The notes below the pieces were generated by a model that saw only the letters and a list, made by a program, of their open reading frames with translations, had not been told where the DNA came from and did no database searches. 64,000 nucleotides of DNA, from assembly GCA_963817245.1 (NCBI GenBank), contig CAWFNQ010000003.1:43238-107237 (forward strand), read 5' to 3'. The position numbers and the translations under genes were made by a program. This document shows, piece by piece, positions 1 through 13,580 of the stretch (position 1 is its first letter; each line of letters begins with the position of its first letter). The DNA comes from an uncultured Chloroflexia bacterium (GTDB lineage: Bacteria > Chloroflexota > Limnocylindria > Limnocylindrales > CSP1-4).

Positions 1-2873
<2,873 letters not shown>

Positions 2874-2892
2874 GCTGGACCGTGCCTTTCGA

Positions 2893-3912
2893 TCAGGCGG
2901 CGACGGGCAGGCGGGCCGCCACGTGCGCGATGAGATCGGCGATGCGGCAGCTGTAGCCCCATTCGTTGTCGTACCAGGCGATGACCTTGACCAGGTTCCC
3001 GCCGAGGACCATCGTCGAGGCCGAGTCGATGATCGACGAGCGCTCGTCGCCCTTGAAGTCCATCGAGACGAGCGGCTCGTCCGACACGCCGAGGATCCCC
3101 TCCATCGGGCCTGCGGCGGCCGCATGGAAGGCCGCGTTGAGCTCCTCGACGCTCGTGTCGCGGCTGACCAGTGCGGTGAAGTCGACGACGCTCACCGTGG
3201 GCGTCGGCACGCGCAGGCTGAAGCCGTCGAACTTGCCCTTGAGATCGGGGATCACGAGCGCGAGCGCCTTGGCCGCGCCGGTCGTCGTCGGGATGATGTT
3301 CTGGCCGGCACTCCGGGCGCGGCGCGGATCCTTGTGCGCGACGTCGAGGATGCGCTGGTCGTTCGTGTAGCTGTGGATGGTGTTCATCAGCCCCTTCTCG
3401 ATCGTCACGAGATCGTGGACGACCTTGGCGGCCGGGGCCAGGCAGTTCGTCGTGCACGAGGCGTTGCTGATGATGTGATGGGTCGCCGGGTCGTACTTGT
3501 CCTCGTTGACCCCGAGGACGATCGTGATGTCCTCGCCCTTCGCCGGAGCGCTGATGATGACCTTCTGGGCGCCCGCATCCAGATGGGCCCGCGCCTTCTC
3601 GGCGTTCGTGAAGAGGCCGGTGCTCTCGAGGACGATGTCGACCCCCAGATCGCGCCACGGGAGCGCGGCCGGATCCCGCTCCGCGAGGCACTTGATCTCG
3701 AGGCCGTCGACGATGATCGACGAGGGGCCGGCCTTGACCTCGCCCTCGTAGGCACCGTAGGTCGAGTCGTGCTTGAACAGGAGGGCGTTCATCTCGGCAT
3801 CGACGAGGTCGTTGACCGCGACCACCTCGATATCCGGCGCCCGTTCGATCAGGGCCTTGAGCGACTGGCGTCCGATCCGGCCGAAACCGTTGATCCCGAC
3901 ACGGGTGGTCAT
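2893..3912 (-). CDS. gap: glyceraldehyde-3-phosphate dehydrogenase, type I
   Basis: Track ORF 2893..4026 trimmed to the ATG at 3912 ([16 protein letters not shown]). Catalytic [12 protein letters not shown] and WYDNEWGYS motifs. Confidence 0.95.
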   Translation of the reverse strand: MTTRVGINGFGRIGRQSLKALIERAPDIEVVAVNDLVDAEMNALLFKHDSTYGAYEGEVKAGPSSIIVDGLEIKCLAERDPAALPWRDLGVDIVLESTGLFTNAEKARAHLDAGAQKVIISAPAKGEDITIVLGVNEDKYDPATHHIISNASCTTNCLAPAAKVVHDLVTIEKGLMNTIHSYTNDQRILDVAHKDPRRARSAGQNIIPTTTGAAKALALVIPDLKGKFDGFSLRVPTPTVSVVDFTALVSRDTSVEELNAAFHAAAAGPMEGILGVSDEPLVSMDFKGDERSSIIDSASTMVLGGNLVKVIAWYDNEWGYSCRIADLIAHVAARLPVAA

Positions 3913-4213
3913 GCTGGTACTCCTCGTGGTACGGGCCGGTCCACGGACGGCGGCCCGAGATGGACGGGCGCTTTCGGGTGCGGCCGGGGCGCGCCGATGG
4001 GCGCCACCTGACCGCGAGGCCCTCATCGTACGACGTCAGGTCCGCGGGCGGAGGGTGCGAACGGGTTGCGAAGCCCCGGTCCGGGCGGTCGTTGACGACG
4101 TGACCGATGGCACTGGACGGCACTGGACGACGGAAGGCCAGGATGCCGCGGACATGCGACGACCCCCGCCGGGACCGGCGGGGGTCGTCAGGCTTCGCGT
4201 CTGGAAGGTCGGG

Positions 4214-4357
4214 TCAGCCGGCCCCGATCCGGAAGACCTTGCCGCCGCATACCGGGCAGGTGCCCTGGATCGCCGGCTTGCCGTTCTTCATCGTGATGTT
4301 CTTGGCGTTCTGGATCTCGACCTTCTTCTTGTCCTTGACGCAATAGGCCTGGGCCAT
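4214..4357 (-). CDS. small zinc-ribbon protein, DUF5679-like (47 aa)
   Basis: Internal ATG of track ORF 4214..4492: MAQAYCVKDKKKVEIQNAKNITMKNGKPAIQGTCPVCGGKVFRIGAG. The Cys spacing and the KNGKPA..G.CP.CG..FRIG pattern match my recollection of DUF5679. Confidence 0.65.
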   Translation of the reverse strand: MAQAYCVKDKKKVEIQNAKNITMKNGKPAIQGTCPVCGGKVFRIGAG

Positions 4358-4461
4358 CGGGCTCCTCCTCGATGTATCGAGCGTCACGGGAGCTTCTCTC
4401 CCGCGTCCGCCCTGGCTACCGCTGGTTCGCTCGGTTCCTTGGGTCGGTCCCTCGATGCGAG

Positions 4462-5364
4462 CTACCGGTCCCGCCAGAGCGACGGACGCCAATGGTCCGT
4501 CGCGGCGTCGCGCTTCTGGCGATCCATGTCGGCCAGCACGAGGAGGGCCTCAAGACCCGTCTCGACACAGGCCGCCTCGGCCGCATCCTTCACGTCGCCC
4601 TCCACGAACTCGCCGGTGGTCCGGTTCGCATAGACCGCACACACCACGCCAGCTCGACAGCGAGCGAGGGACGCGAGCACAAGGAGTGCCGACGCCTCCA
4701 TCTCGAAGTTGATGACCCGTTGCCGCGCCATCTCCTCCGCGAGGTCAGGGTAACGGATGGGCAACTGGGGGATCGGGCGTCCTTGCGCACCGAAGAACCC
4801 GGGTGCCGTGGCCGTGATCCCGACGTGATGGCGGTGACCCAGGCGGGCCGCCGCTTCGATGAGGGCCGCGACCGCCTCGTAGTCGGCGACCGCGGGGTAG
4901 CCATCGTGGACGAAGAAGCTCGTGGTCGCCTCGAGGCGGACGGCTCCCGTCGTGATGGCCAGATCGCCGAGCCGCATCTCCGGCTGGAGCGCCCCGCAGG
5001 ACCCGACCCGGACGAAGGTCGGACGGTCCGTGATCGCCAGGATCTCGGCGACCGCGATCTCGACGTTATCGGTCCCGATGCCCGTCGACACGACCGAGAC
5101 ACGAAGGCCCCGATAGATGCCGGTGGCGCTCGAGAACTCGCGATGGCGATGGGTGAGCTCGACCGACTCGAAGCGCTCAGCGATGCGGGAGGTTCGGTCG
5201 GGGTCGCCGGGGAGGAGGATGTACTCGGCCAGTTCTCCGGGGCCGAGTCCGATGTGGTACTGCCGTTCACCGGTGGGGATCGCGATGCGGCGATCCGGTG
5301 GGTTTTCGACGCGGGTATCCGCGTTCGGCAAGACCAAACCCTCGCTCTGGTTCGTGCTCCACAA
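4462..5364 (-). CDS. nucleoside phosphorylase, uridine phosphorylase-like (PNP_UDP_1 superfamily)
   Basis: 300-aa ORF with LLPGDPDR, VSTGIGTDNVEIAV, RVGSCGAL and NFEMEASAL segments typical of Udp/DeoD-type phosphorylases. Confidence 0.85.
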   Translation of the reverse strand: MWSTNQSEGLVLPNADTRVENPPDRRIAIPTGERQYHIGLGPGELAEYILLPGDPDRTSRIAERFESVELTHRHREFSSATGIYRGLRVSVVSTGIGTDNVEIAVAEILAITDRPTFVRVGSCGALQPEMRLGDLAITTGAVRLEATTSFFVHDGYPAVADYEAVAALIEAAARLGHRHHVGITATAPGFFGAQGRPIPQLPIRYPDLAEEMARQRVINFEMEASALLVLASLARCRAGVVCAVYANRTTGEFVEGDVKDAAEAACVETGLEALLVLADMDRQKRDAATDHWRPSLWRDR

Positions 5365-5406
5365 GCGTGAAACTCGGCCGAGGATAGTCCCGGCTTCTCA
5401 CGAGCG

Positions 5407-8365
5407 TCAAGCCGAGTCCGCCGAGCGTGGATCGTGCTCAGCCGAGCTCGGCGCCGCCGGCGTCGCCGTTCGGGCCCCTGAGCGTGGCGCCTTGACGGCC
5501 GCGAGCGCGGTCACGAGGGCGGCCGGGAGGGCGGCCGGGAACCGGTCCGCGAGGCGCCTCCGGACGGTCCCGCGCCGCAACAGGGTGACCAGCAGCGAGG
5601 CCCCGGTCAGGCCCACCAGGGCACCCATGCCGAGGGCACCCGCCGCTCCGTCACCGGGGAACGGCGCGAGGGCGGCGCGCCGACGGGCGCCGACCGTGGG
5701 CGCGTCGCTGTGGTCCGCGCTCCCTGCCCCGATCGCGGCCGAGGCGTCGGACGGGCGCCGGGATCGGCGAGGTCGACGGCGAGCCCGCGAGCACGAGGCC
5801 CGCCGGGTCGGCGACGACGACGATCGGCCCGTCGGGCGCCGTCTCCACCGATCCGGTCGCGTTGATGGCATCGCCGACCTCGACGAGCGCGACGAGGTCG
5901 GCCGCCGGTCCCCGCAGGGTCACGGTGCCGACGGCGGTGCCGTCGTCGAGCCGGAACCCGTCGGGTCGCAGCTCGGTCACGAGGCCTCCGACGCGGACCG
6001 TGTGCCCGATGAGGGAGGCGAGCTCGGTCACGTCGGCGTCCGAGGCCGGGCCGATGCCCGTGCCGGCGACCGTCCGGCGCTGGTAGCGGACTGTCACCGG
6101 GTTCCGTCGGTCCGGGGCGCCCGCTCGATGCCGGGCGGCCGGCGCCGGCGCTCGTGCCCGCCGCGGTCGCGCCGGCAGGGGCGCTTCCGAGCCGGATGTC
6201 CGAGGCGCCGCGCGGCAGGATCGCGAATCGACGATCGGTGGCGGTCGGATAGGGCCGTCGGACGATGCCGATGACCGTCGCGTCCCGGCCCTCGATGAGC
6301 GCGGTCGACGGGATATGCGCGCCGGACTGGCCGAGGACGACCACGAGGTGCGTCCCGACGCGGATCTCCGCCCGCCATCGATCGCCGAGCTTGTGGACCG
6401 CGTCCACTCGGCCGCGCACGGAAGCGAGCCGCCATTCGTCGCCCTCGGTCGGTGACGCGCGAAGGACAGTCGGAGCCGGCAGTGTGGCCGTGCCCTGGCG
6501 CAGGACGCTCGCCGCATCGATGCGTGGCGCACCGTAGGCCGTCCCGACCTTGCCCTCGACGCGCACGCGTGTGCCGATCGGGGGCGCGCCAGCGTCCTTG
6601 GGCAGGTGGACCTCGATCCCGCCGGATGCGTCCTGGACCACGATCCGACGGCCCGTCGAGTCGAGGAGGGTCGAGCCCGCCGTCACCACCGCAACGACCG
6701 CGACCGTCTGCCCCATGCGGGTCTTCGCCGTACGGATCGGGATGACCCCGACCGAGGACGACGCCGATGGACGTGCGCTCGGCGTGGCCGAGGCCTTCGG
6801 CGTCGGCGTGCTGCGGGGCGAAGGCGTACTGCGCGGCGTCGGCGTGGGGGTCGGCGCGGGGCCGGCGACGCGCACGACATCGGCGACATCGCGGATCCAC
6901 AGGCGGTAGCCGTCGAGCGCCCCCGTGTGCGTGGCTCGCTGTCCGACGATCCCGGTCAGGCGGTAGGTGGCGCCGGCCTCGAACGCGGTCGACGGGACGC
7001 CGCTCGACAGGTCTGCCAGCACCTTGAGCGTCGGGACACCGGCCCGCTCGAGCGAGAGCGTGAGGTCACCACCCGAGCCCTTGGTCGGCCGCTTCGGCAC
7101 GACGCCGCTGACGACGACGAGGCGGCTCTCGGTCGCCTCCCCGGCGGCGTCCGACCCGAGCGCGATCGGGGCGGGCAGCGTGCCCGGCCCGACGACGACG
7201 GTCCCGCTCGCGTCGGGCCGGATCTCGAGCTGGCCATACGGCGCCGCGAGCTTGCCGGTGACCTCGACCTCGATGCCGCGAGCCGGAGCCTGGACGCCGG
7301 CCGGGATCCGGACGCCGATGCCGCCGGTCGCGTCCTCGATCGTGAAGAGACGTTCGATGCCCGTTCGTCCGACTTCGGCGGTGACGGTGGCACGGACGAC
7401 CACGGTCGCGCCGATCGACGCTCCACGAGCCGTGGCGACATCGACCGGTGTCGGCGCGATCGGGGTGGGCGTCGGTGTCGGCGTGGGCATTGCCGTCGGT
7501 GTCGGCGTAGGTGCCGGCATAAGGGTCGGTGTAGGTGTCGGCGCTGCGGTCGGCGTCGGCGTGGGGGTCGGGGTCGGCATCGGCGTCGGCGTGGGCGTCA
7601 CGACAGGCGCCGGCGTCGGCGTTACGGTCGGCGTCGGCGTGGGGGTCGGGGTCGGCGCCGCGATCGGCGTGGGCGTCGGTGTCGGTGTCGGCGCTGCGAG
7701 TCGGCGTCGGCGATGGTGTGGGCGTCGGAACGGTCCCCGGCACCGGCGGCGCCGCCATCCCTTGCGGCGATGGCACGCTCGAAACCACGAAGTCCGCGGC
7801 GTTGTCGTTGGTGTCGACGCCGTTCCCGGCCGGCCCGCCGGGTAGCCGCTCGAGGCTGGCACCGGCCGGAGGCGCCACCGCGACCGTGCCCTCGACCAAC
7901 GCGTTCGTCGCGTCACCCCAGCCCACGGCATCGATCACGGCTCCCCCGACCACCCGAAGCGCGATCGCCCCGCCGGTCGCCGCGAACCCGCCCGAATACG
8001 TCAGGTCGGCCGCCGCCCCGACGACCCCGGAGGCGTTGGCGATGAGCACCCGTCGACCCGGGTCGAGGACCGTCGAAGTCGCCCAGCGTCGCCTTGCGCG
8101 TCACGGTCGATCCGGACGCCGTCGCGTACACGACCTCGAGGCCGGCCAGGTCGACCGGCCCGGCACCCTGGTTCGCGACCTCGACGAACTCGTCCGACGC
8201 CGACGCACCCCCGGTCTGGATCTCGCTCACGACGAGCGTCGAGACCGGCCAGTCGACCGTCGCCGCGGATGCTGCGTGCGGGGCCAGCGGCGTGCCGACA
8301 CCGAGTGCCGCGGCGACCACGAGACACAGGACGCCGACGCTCCGCGCCGACCGGGCTCGAGCCAT
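5407..8365 (-). pseudogene. secreted lamin-tail-domain (LTD) surface protein with Pro/Thr linkers, three OB-fold-like repeats and a C-terminal membrane anchor; frame changes at least 4 times
   Basis: Pieces lie in track ORFs 7913..8533 (signal MARARSARSVGVLCLVVAAALG, VVSEIQTGGASASDEFVEVAN), 7066..8049 (LTD end [11 protein letters not shown]), 5607..7931 (PT linker plus repeats), 5651..6532, and 5407..5871 ([24 protein letters not shown] anchor). GGGAGG precedes ATG 8365. Shifts lie near 8075, 7700, 6100-6180 and 5750-5800. Confidence 0.7.
7445..7745. repeat. degenerate tandem Pro-Thr codon repeat inside the LTD gene
   Basis: Runs of ggcgtcggtgtcggcgtgggc on the + strand read on the - strand as [28 protein letters not shown] shorter second run lies near 6775-6875. 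Confidence 0.8.
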
Positions 8366-8519
8366 GAGGGACCTCCCGGCGGGGCACGGACGGCGGTCGG
8401 GCGAGACCGAGGTTGTAGCAGGCTCGACGTAGCTGCGGCTCAACGCCCACGTATCGACTACGATGCGCTCCACCCGCCCCGAGCCCACCCGTCCGAGCCC
8501 ACCACCACAGGGAGACACC

Positions 8520-9260
8520 GTGGCCCGCGCCAAGAAGACCGACCGCGCCGAGGCACGCCGTCGTTATCGAGCCGAGATGGCGGGCGTCGACGCCGACGAC
8601 GACGCGGGCGACGAGGTCCCAGCCGCCGCCCCCGCGGCACGTCCTGCCTCGACCAAGAGCGGGCCGAAGTATTCGAGCCCGTCGGGCCGGATGGGCATCC
8701 GCGCCGCCCTGCGCGAATCCGTCCACCCGGTCGACGTCCGGGCCGACCTCGCCGCGCTCCCCTGGCTCGTGACGCACACCAAGGCCGTCTGGCTGCCGAT
8801 CCTGCTGTCGGTCGCGAGCGGGATCGCCTTCGTCGTGGTGCCGAACACGATCACCGTCTACCTGTTCCAGTTCTTCGTGCTGGCGCCGGCGATCGGGTCG
8901 ATCTTCCTCGCCGGGTTCCTGGCACCTCGGGCGAGCTGGCTCATCGGCATCATCGTCGGCGTGGCCGCGGCCCTCGTGCTCGCGGTGCTGCTGATCTCGG
9001 GCGGCATGAACCACGCATTGGCGACCCTGAACGGGGCCATCGCCCCGTACGATCCGGCCACGTATCCGGCGATCATCACCCAGTCGCTGATCATGGCCGT
9101 GCCGCTCGGTGCGCTGTTCGCGGCGGCGGCGGCCTGGTATCGCCGGTTCCTCCAACTCTCGAACCCGAACCGCGGACGCAAGGCCGAGGCGAAGAAGGGC
9201 GGCAAGGACGGCCGCACGCGCAGCGCCGGGGCCTCGAAGGCGCAGGGCGCTCGCCGCTAG
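8520..9260 (+). CDS. hypothetical integral membrane protein with basic N-terminal tail
   Basis: Track ORF 8463..9260. Preferred start is GTG 8520 after GGGAGA. Several hydrophobic helices (WLPILLSVASGIAFVVV, VYLFQFFVLAPAIGSIFLAGFL, WLIGIIVGVAAALVLAVLLI, IMAVPLGALFAAAAAWY). No family recognised. Confidence 0.6.
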   Translation: MARAKKTDRAEARRRYRAEMAGVDADDDAGDEVPAAAPAARPASTKSGPKYSSPSGRMGIRAALRESVHPVDVRADLAALPWLVTHTKAVWLPILLSVASGIAFVVVPNTITVYLFQFFVLAPAIGSIFLAGFLAPRASWLIGIIVGVAAALVLAVLLISGGMNHALATLNGAIAPYDPATYPAIITQSLIMAVPLGALFAAAAAWYRRFLQLSNPNRGRKAEAKKGGKDGRTRSAGASKAQGARR

Positions 9261-9274
9261 CGACCCCTTGGCCG

Positions 9275-12200
9275 CTAGCCCAGGCGGCGCATCCCGGCGT
9301 AGCCGGTCTGGCGGACGCCCTCGGGCCGATCCGGGCCACCGGCCGCGGCGGCCAGCTCGGGGAGTGGCCGGACGTCGTCCGCGACGACGTTGACCACGTT
9401 TCCCTCGCGCTGCAACTCCCCGTCGACCAGCAACAGGGCGTGGCGCCTGACGACGGACCGCAGCCGCGCCCAGGTGTCCGGCCAGAGCGTGACGTTGACC
9501 ATGCCGGTCTCGTCCTCCATCGCCAGGAAGACCGTGCCCTTGGCCGTCATCGGGTGCTGGCGGGTCACGACCAGCCCGCCCACGCGCACCCGTCCGGTCT
9601 TGCGTTCCGAGAGCGCGGCATTGGTCACCGCCCCGAGCCGGTCGAGCACGTCGCGGAACAGCCCGGTCACCTGGCGGCGCGCATCGAGGCCGATGACCGC
9701 GTAGGCATCGCCGATCCGCTCCGATTCGGTCAGCGGCGGCAGGTCCGGTGCCGGCGTCGCCGGCAATCGCAGATCCATGGCCCGGCCGACGGCCTTCACC
9801 GACCGCTCCGCCGAGGCGGACCGGCGACCCGCCACCTCGCGGAGCTGCCACAACAGCTCGCGCCGCGGCCGGCCCAGCGAATCGAGGCCGCCGGTCCGGA
9901 TGAGCCGCTCGAGCACGTCCTCGCCGAGGCCGGTCCGGTCGACCACGTCCTCGAGCGAGCGGTACGGCCCGCGCGCCAGCTCCGCATCGAGCAGCTCGGC
10001 CTGCTGTTCGCCGATCCCCTTCACCAGGTGGAGACCCAGCCGGACGCCCCAGCCCGCGGTCACCTCGGGGACCCAGCGCTCGCGCGCCGCGTCGCCCGGC
10101 ACGACGCAGGCCGGTGACCGGACCGGCTCGGGTCGCTCGCTGATCCCGGCGCCCGCGGGGATGGGCTCGCCCGGCCGGCCCACCCACTCGGTCGTCGTCT
10201 TGTACGAGGAGGCGTTGAGATCCACCGGCAGGATCGACACCCCGTGGCGCTTCGTGTCATTGACGAGCACCTCCACCGGGTAGAAGCCCATCGGCTGGGC
10301 ATTGATGAGCCCCACGAGGAACTGGGCCGGGTAGAAGAGCTTGAGGAACGACGACTCGTAGGCCGTCCGCGCGAAGGCGGCCGCGTGCGACTTGGCGAAC
10401 CCGAAGCTCGCGAACGCCGCGACCTGGCGGAAGAGCTCCTCCGCCATCTCCTCGGTCATCCCGGGCTGGCGGAGCGCCCCCTCCACGAACTGCTGATGGA
10501 GCTTCTCCATCTCGCGGGTCGAGCGCCACGTCCCCATCGCGCGACGGAAGCCGTCCGATTCGGCCGGCGTGAAGCCTGCCACCTCGATGGCGATCCGCAT
10601 CACCTGCTCCTGGTAGAGGATCACCCCGAGCGAGTCGTTGAGCACCGGCTCGAGTGACGGATGGAGATACGTCACCGGCTCGAGGCCCTGCTTGCGCCGC
10701 AGGAACGGGTGGACGGCGTTGCCCTGGATCGGACCGGGCCGGATGATCGCCACCTCCACGACGAGGTCGTCGAGGTTCTGCGGCCGGGACTTGGGGAGCG
10801 TCTGCATCTGGGCCCGGCTCTCCACCTGGAAGACCCCGACCGTGTCGGCCGCCTGGAGCATCGCGAAGACCTCGGGGATGTCCTCGGGCAGCCGGTCGAG
10901 GTCGAGGCAGACCGCGCAATCGTGCTCGATGAGCTGGAGTGTCTCGTCGATGGCCGCCAGCATCCCGAGACCGAGCAGGTCGAGCTTGATGAGCTTGAGC
11001 GTCTCGACGTCACGCTTGTCGAACTGGACGACCACCCGGTCGACCATCGTCGCCCGTTCGATCGGGCGCGATGTCGATGAGCGGCGCCGCGGTCACGAGC
11101 ATCCCGCCCGAGTGGATCGACAGATGGCGCGGGAAGCCATCGATGCGGGCGCAGAACTCGAGCCAGCGTTCCCAATCGCTCATCCCGACCGTGGAGCCGC
11201 CGCGCGCCTGCGGCGGGTGGCTCGGGCTCCACCCGGGCCACCGACGAATGGCCGGGCCCGTGCCCTGGTCGGCGCTGGCGGGCCGTGCGGCGGCGGCGGG
11301 TCCCAGTGGTTCGGCCTCCCGAGCTTGTCCGTGCGCCGCGGCGGCGGCTCGGTCATCCCGCTCTCGGGGTCGATGGCCCGGCCCTGCACGAGGGCCGGCG
11401 GGAGCATCCGGTCGCGGTCGGCGTCGTAGCCGGTCCCGCGTCCGGAACGCAGCCACGCCACGCTGGCCGGGGAGTCGCCCGGGCCGCCCTCATCGTCGGA
11501 CGTGCCGCCCCCGCGGATGGCCGTCCGTGGCGCGAGCGGGTCATCCTCTCCGGGCGGCTCCGCCCCAAGCCAGGCGAACGGCCGCGGCGCGTCCGGGTCG
11601 GCCGGCGTCGACGGCTGCTTCCACGGCGGCACCTTGCCGACGAGCGGGACCCGCTGCTGCAGCTGGCCCATCCCGTCGACGAGGCCGCGCGCCTCGGCGT
11701 GCTCGGCCGCGAGCGCCTCGGCCGGCGTTCCCTCCCCCGTCCGCCGGAAGAACTCGGCGAACCCACCGTCGGCCTCGAGGTCGCGCCGGACCATCACCGA
11801 GTCGTACGTCTCGAGCGCCTTGGCGACCCGGTCGACCAGCGGGCGCGGGAACCCGAGCGCGTAGCCGACCTCGCGCACCGCCGACCGCGCCCGGTACGTG
11901 ACGAGGTTGCAGACCATCCCGGTGTGGTCGGGTCCGTAGCGCCGGTAGATGTACTGGATGACCTCCTCCCGGCGCTCCGAGCTGAAGTCGATGTCGACGT
12001 CGGGGTACGTCGTCCGGCCCGGGTTGATGAATCGCTCGAACAGGAGGTTGTGGGTGATCGGCTCGACCCGGCTGATCCCGAGCGTGTACGACACGATCGA
12101 GCTGGTCGCGCTGCCCCGGCCCTGGGCCGGGATCCCCTGCTCCTTCGCGAAGCGCATGAGGTCCCAGCAGATGAGGAAGAACTCGGCGAGGCCGGCCCGC

Positions 12201-13430
12201 TCGATGACCTCGAGCTCGTGGGCGAGCCGCTTCACCACCGCCGAGGTCATCGGGTGATAGCGCCGCCGGGCGCCCGCCCAGCACAGCTCCGAGAGGTGGG
12301 AGAACGGCGTCTCCCCGTCGGGCACCGCGAAGCCCGGGAAGCGGTACTGCTCGAAGCCGAGATCCACCGAACACGACGCCGCGAGCTCCACCGACGCCGC
12401 GATCCCGGCCGCCCAGGCCCGCGCCGTCCGGCTCCCCGGGTCGCCCGGGGGCATGGCCAGCAGCTCGGCGCCGGATTTCAGGTACGACTCCCCGTCGGGG
12501 CGCCGCAGGTCCGCGAGCGTGTCGAGCGTGCGGCCGTGGCGGATCGCGGTCAGGACATCGGCCAGCTCGCGGTCCTCGGGGAGGGCGTAGTGGACGTCGT
12601 TCGTGACCACCACCGGCAGCCCGAGCGCCTCGGCCAGCTCGACCGAGCCCTCGACGAGCCAGTCGTCGTCGGGGAGGAGATGGTGCGAGAGCTCGACCCA
12701 GAAGCCGCTCGTGGCCGGTCCGTCGCCCCGCCCGAAGAGCCGGGCGTACCGCTCAGCGACGGCCTGCGCGCCTGCCCGGTCGCCCGCCCGGAGGCGACGG
12801 GCGATCTCCCCGTCCCGGCAGCCCGACAGCGCCACGAGCCCCTCGTGGTGCTCGGCGAGGAGCGCCTGGCTGAACCGCGGCACCGCCTTCGTGCCGGCCA
12901 TGTTCGCCCGCGAGATGAGCCGGCACAGGCTGCGCCAGCCGATGGCCGAGCGGGCCAGCAGCACCAGGTGCGGGCCGCGACCCCCCGCCCCGATCCCGCG
13001 GTAGTCCTCCTTGACCGGCTCGCGATGGCCGGGGAGCCGGGCACGCTCGGGCCGCGGGCGGACCGGCACGCCCTCGGTCACGCCGGTGGGCAGCGCCAGG
13101 CCGGCGACGTCCGCCTCGGGTCGTCCGCCCGTCCCGTCCGCCGTGACGCCGGCGCCGTCGCGGCCGACGTGGCGGGATCACGATCCCGTCGGGGTCGGCC
13201 ACGGCCGGGTCGAGCAACTCGATCTCCACCCCGACCACCGGGTGCAGGCCGGCGGCCTCGGCCGCGCTCACGAAGCGGACCGACCCGTACAGGCCGCTGT
13301 GGTCCGTGACGGCCAGCCCGGTCAGGCCCAGCGCGACGGCACGTTCCACGAGGTCGTCCGAGGGCGAGGCGCCATCGAGGAACGAGAAGTTCGTGTGGCT
13401 GTGGAGTTCGGCGTACGGGGTCTCGGCCAC
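9275..13430 (-). pseudogene. dnaE2: error-prone DNA polymerase III alpha subunit DnaE2 (ImuC); frame changes 3 times
   Basis: The PHP N-terminus (AETPYAELHSHTNFSFLDGAS) is in ORF 12753..13481. The core is in 11180..13081 (GRGSATSSIVSYTLGISRVEP, PDVDIDF). FPRHLSIHSGGMLV is in 11010..11456. The C-terminal part is in 9275..11047 (KLDLLGLGML, MTAKGTVFLAMEDETG). Shifts lie near 13170, 11200-11330 and 11065. An SOS box sits 44 nt upstream of GTG 13430. Confidence 0.85.
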
Positions 13431-13473
13431 GGGTCGCTCCGGCGGGGGCGGTGCGCAGTGGGGCAGGCCAGTA

Positions 13474-13489
13474 TAGAACATCTGTTCGA
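13474..13489. promoter_or_regulatory. LexA-type SOS box upstream of dnaE2
   Basis: TAGAACATCTGTTCGA fits the Gram-positive/mycobacterial box TCGAAC-N4-GTTCGA. The identical 16-mer recurs at 23986..24001 upstream of imuA'. Confidence 0.8.
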
Positions 13490-13580
13490 GTCACGAGACG
13501 TCGGTGCGGATGGGACCGTCCGCGACCCGGACGAACGGTGGGCTGGACAGACCCGGCTCCGGGCGCTTTGCCTGTACCCG

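Noticed and set aside
13431-13481. An ATG at 13481 as the dnaE2 start (MFYTGLPHCAPPPPERPV...).
   Set aside because: This ATG lies inside the SOS box, and the first 17 residues are not DnaE-like. GTG 13430 gives the conserved AETPYAELHSHTNFSFLDGAS start.
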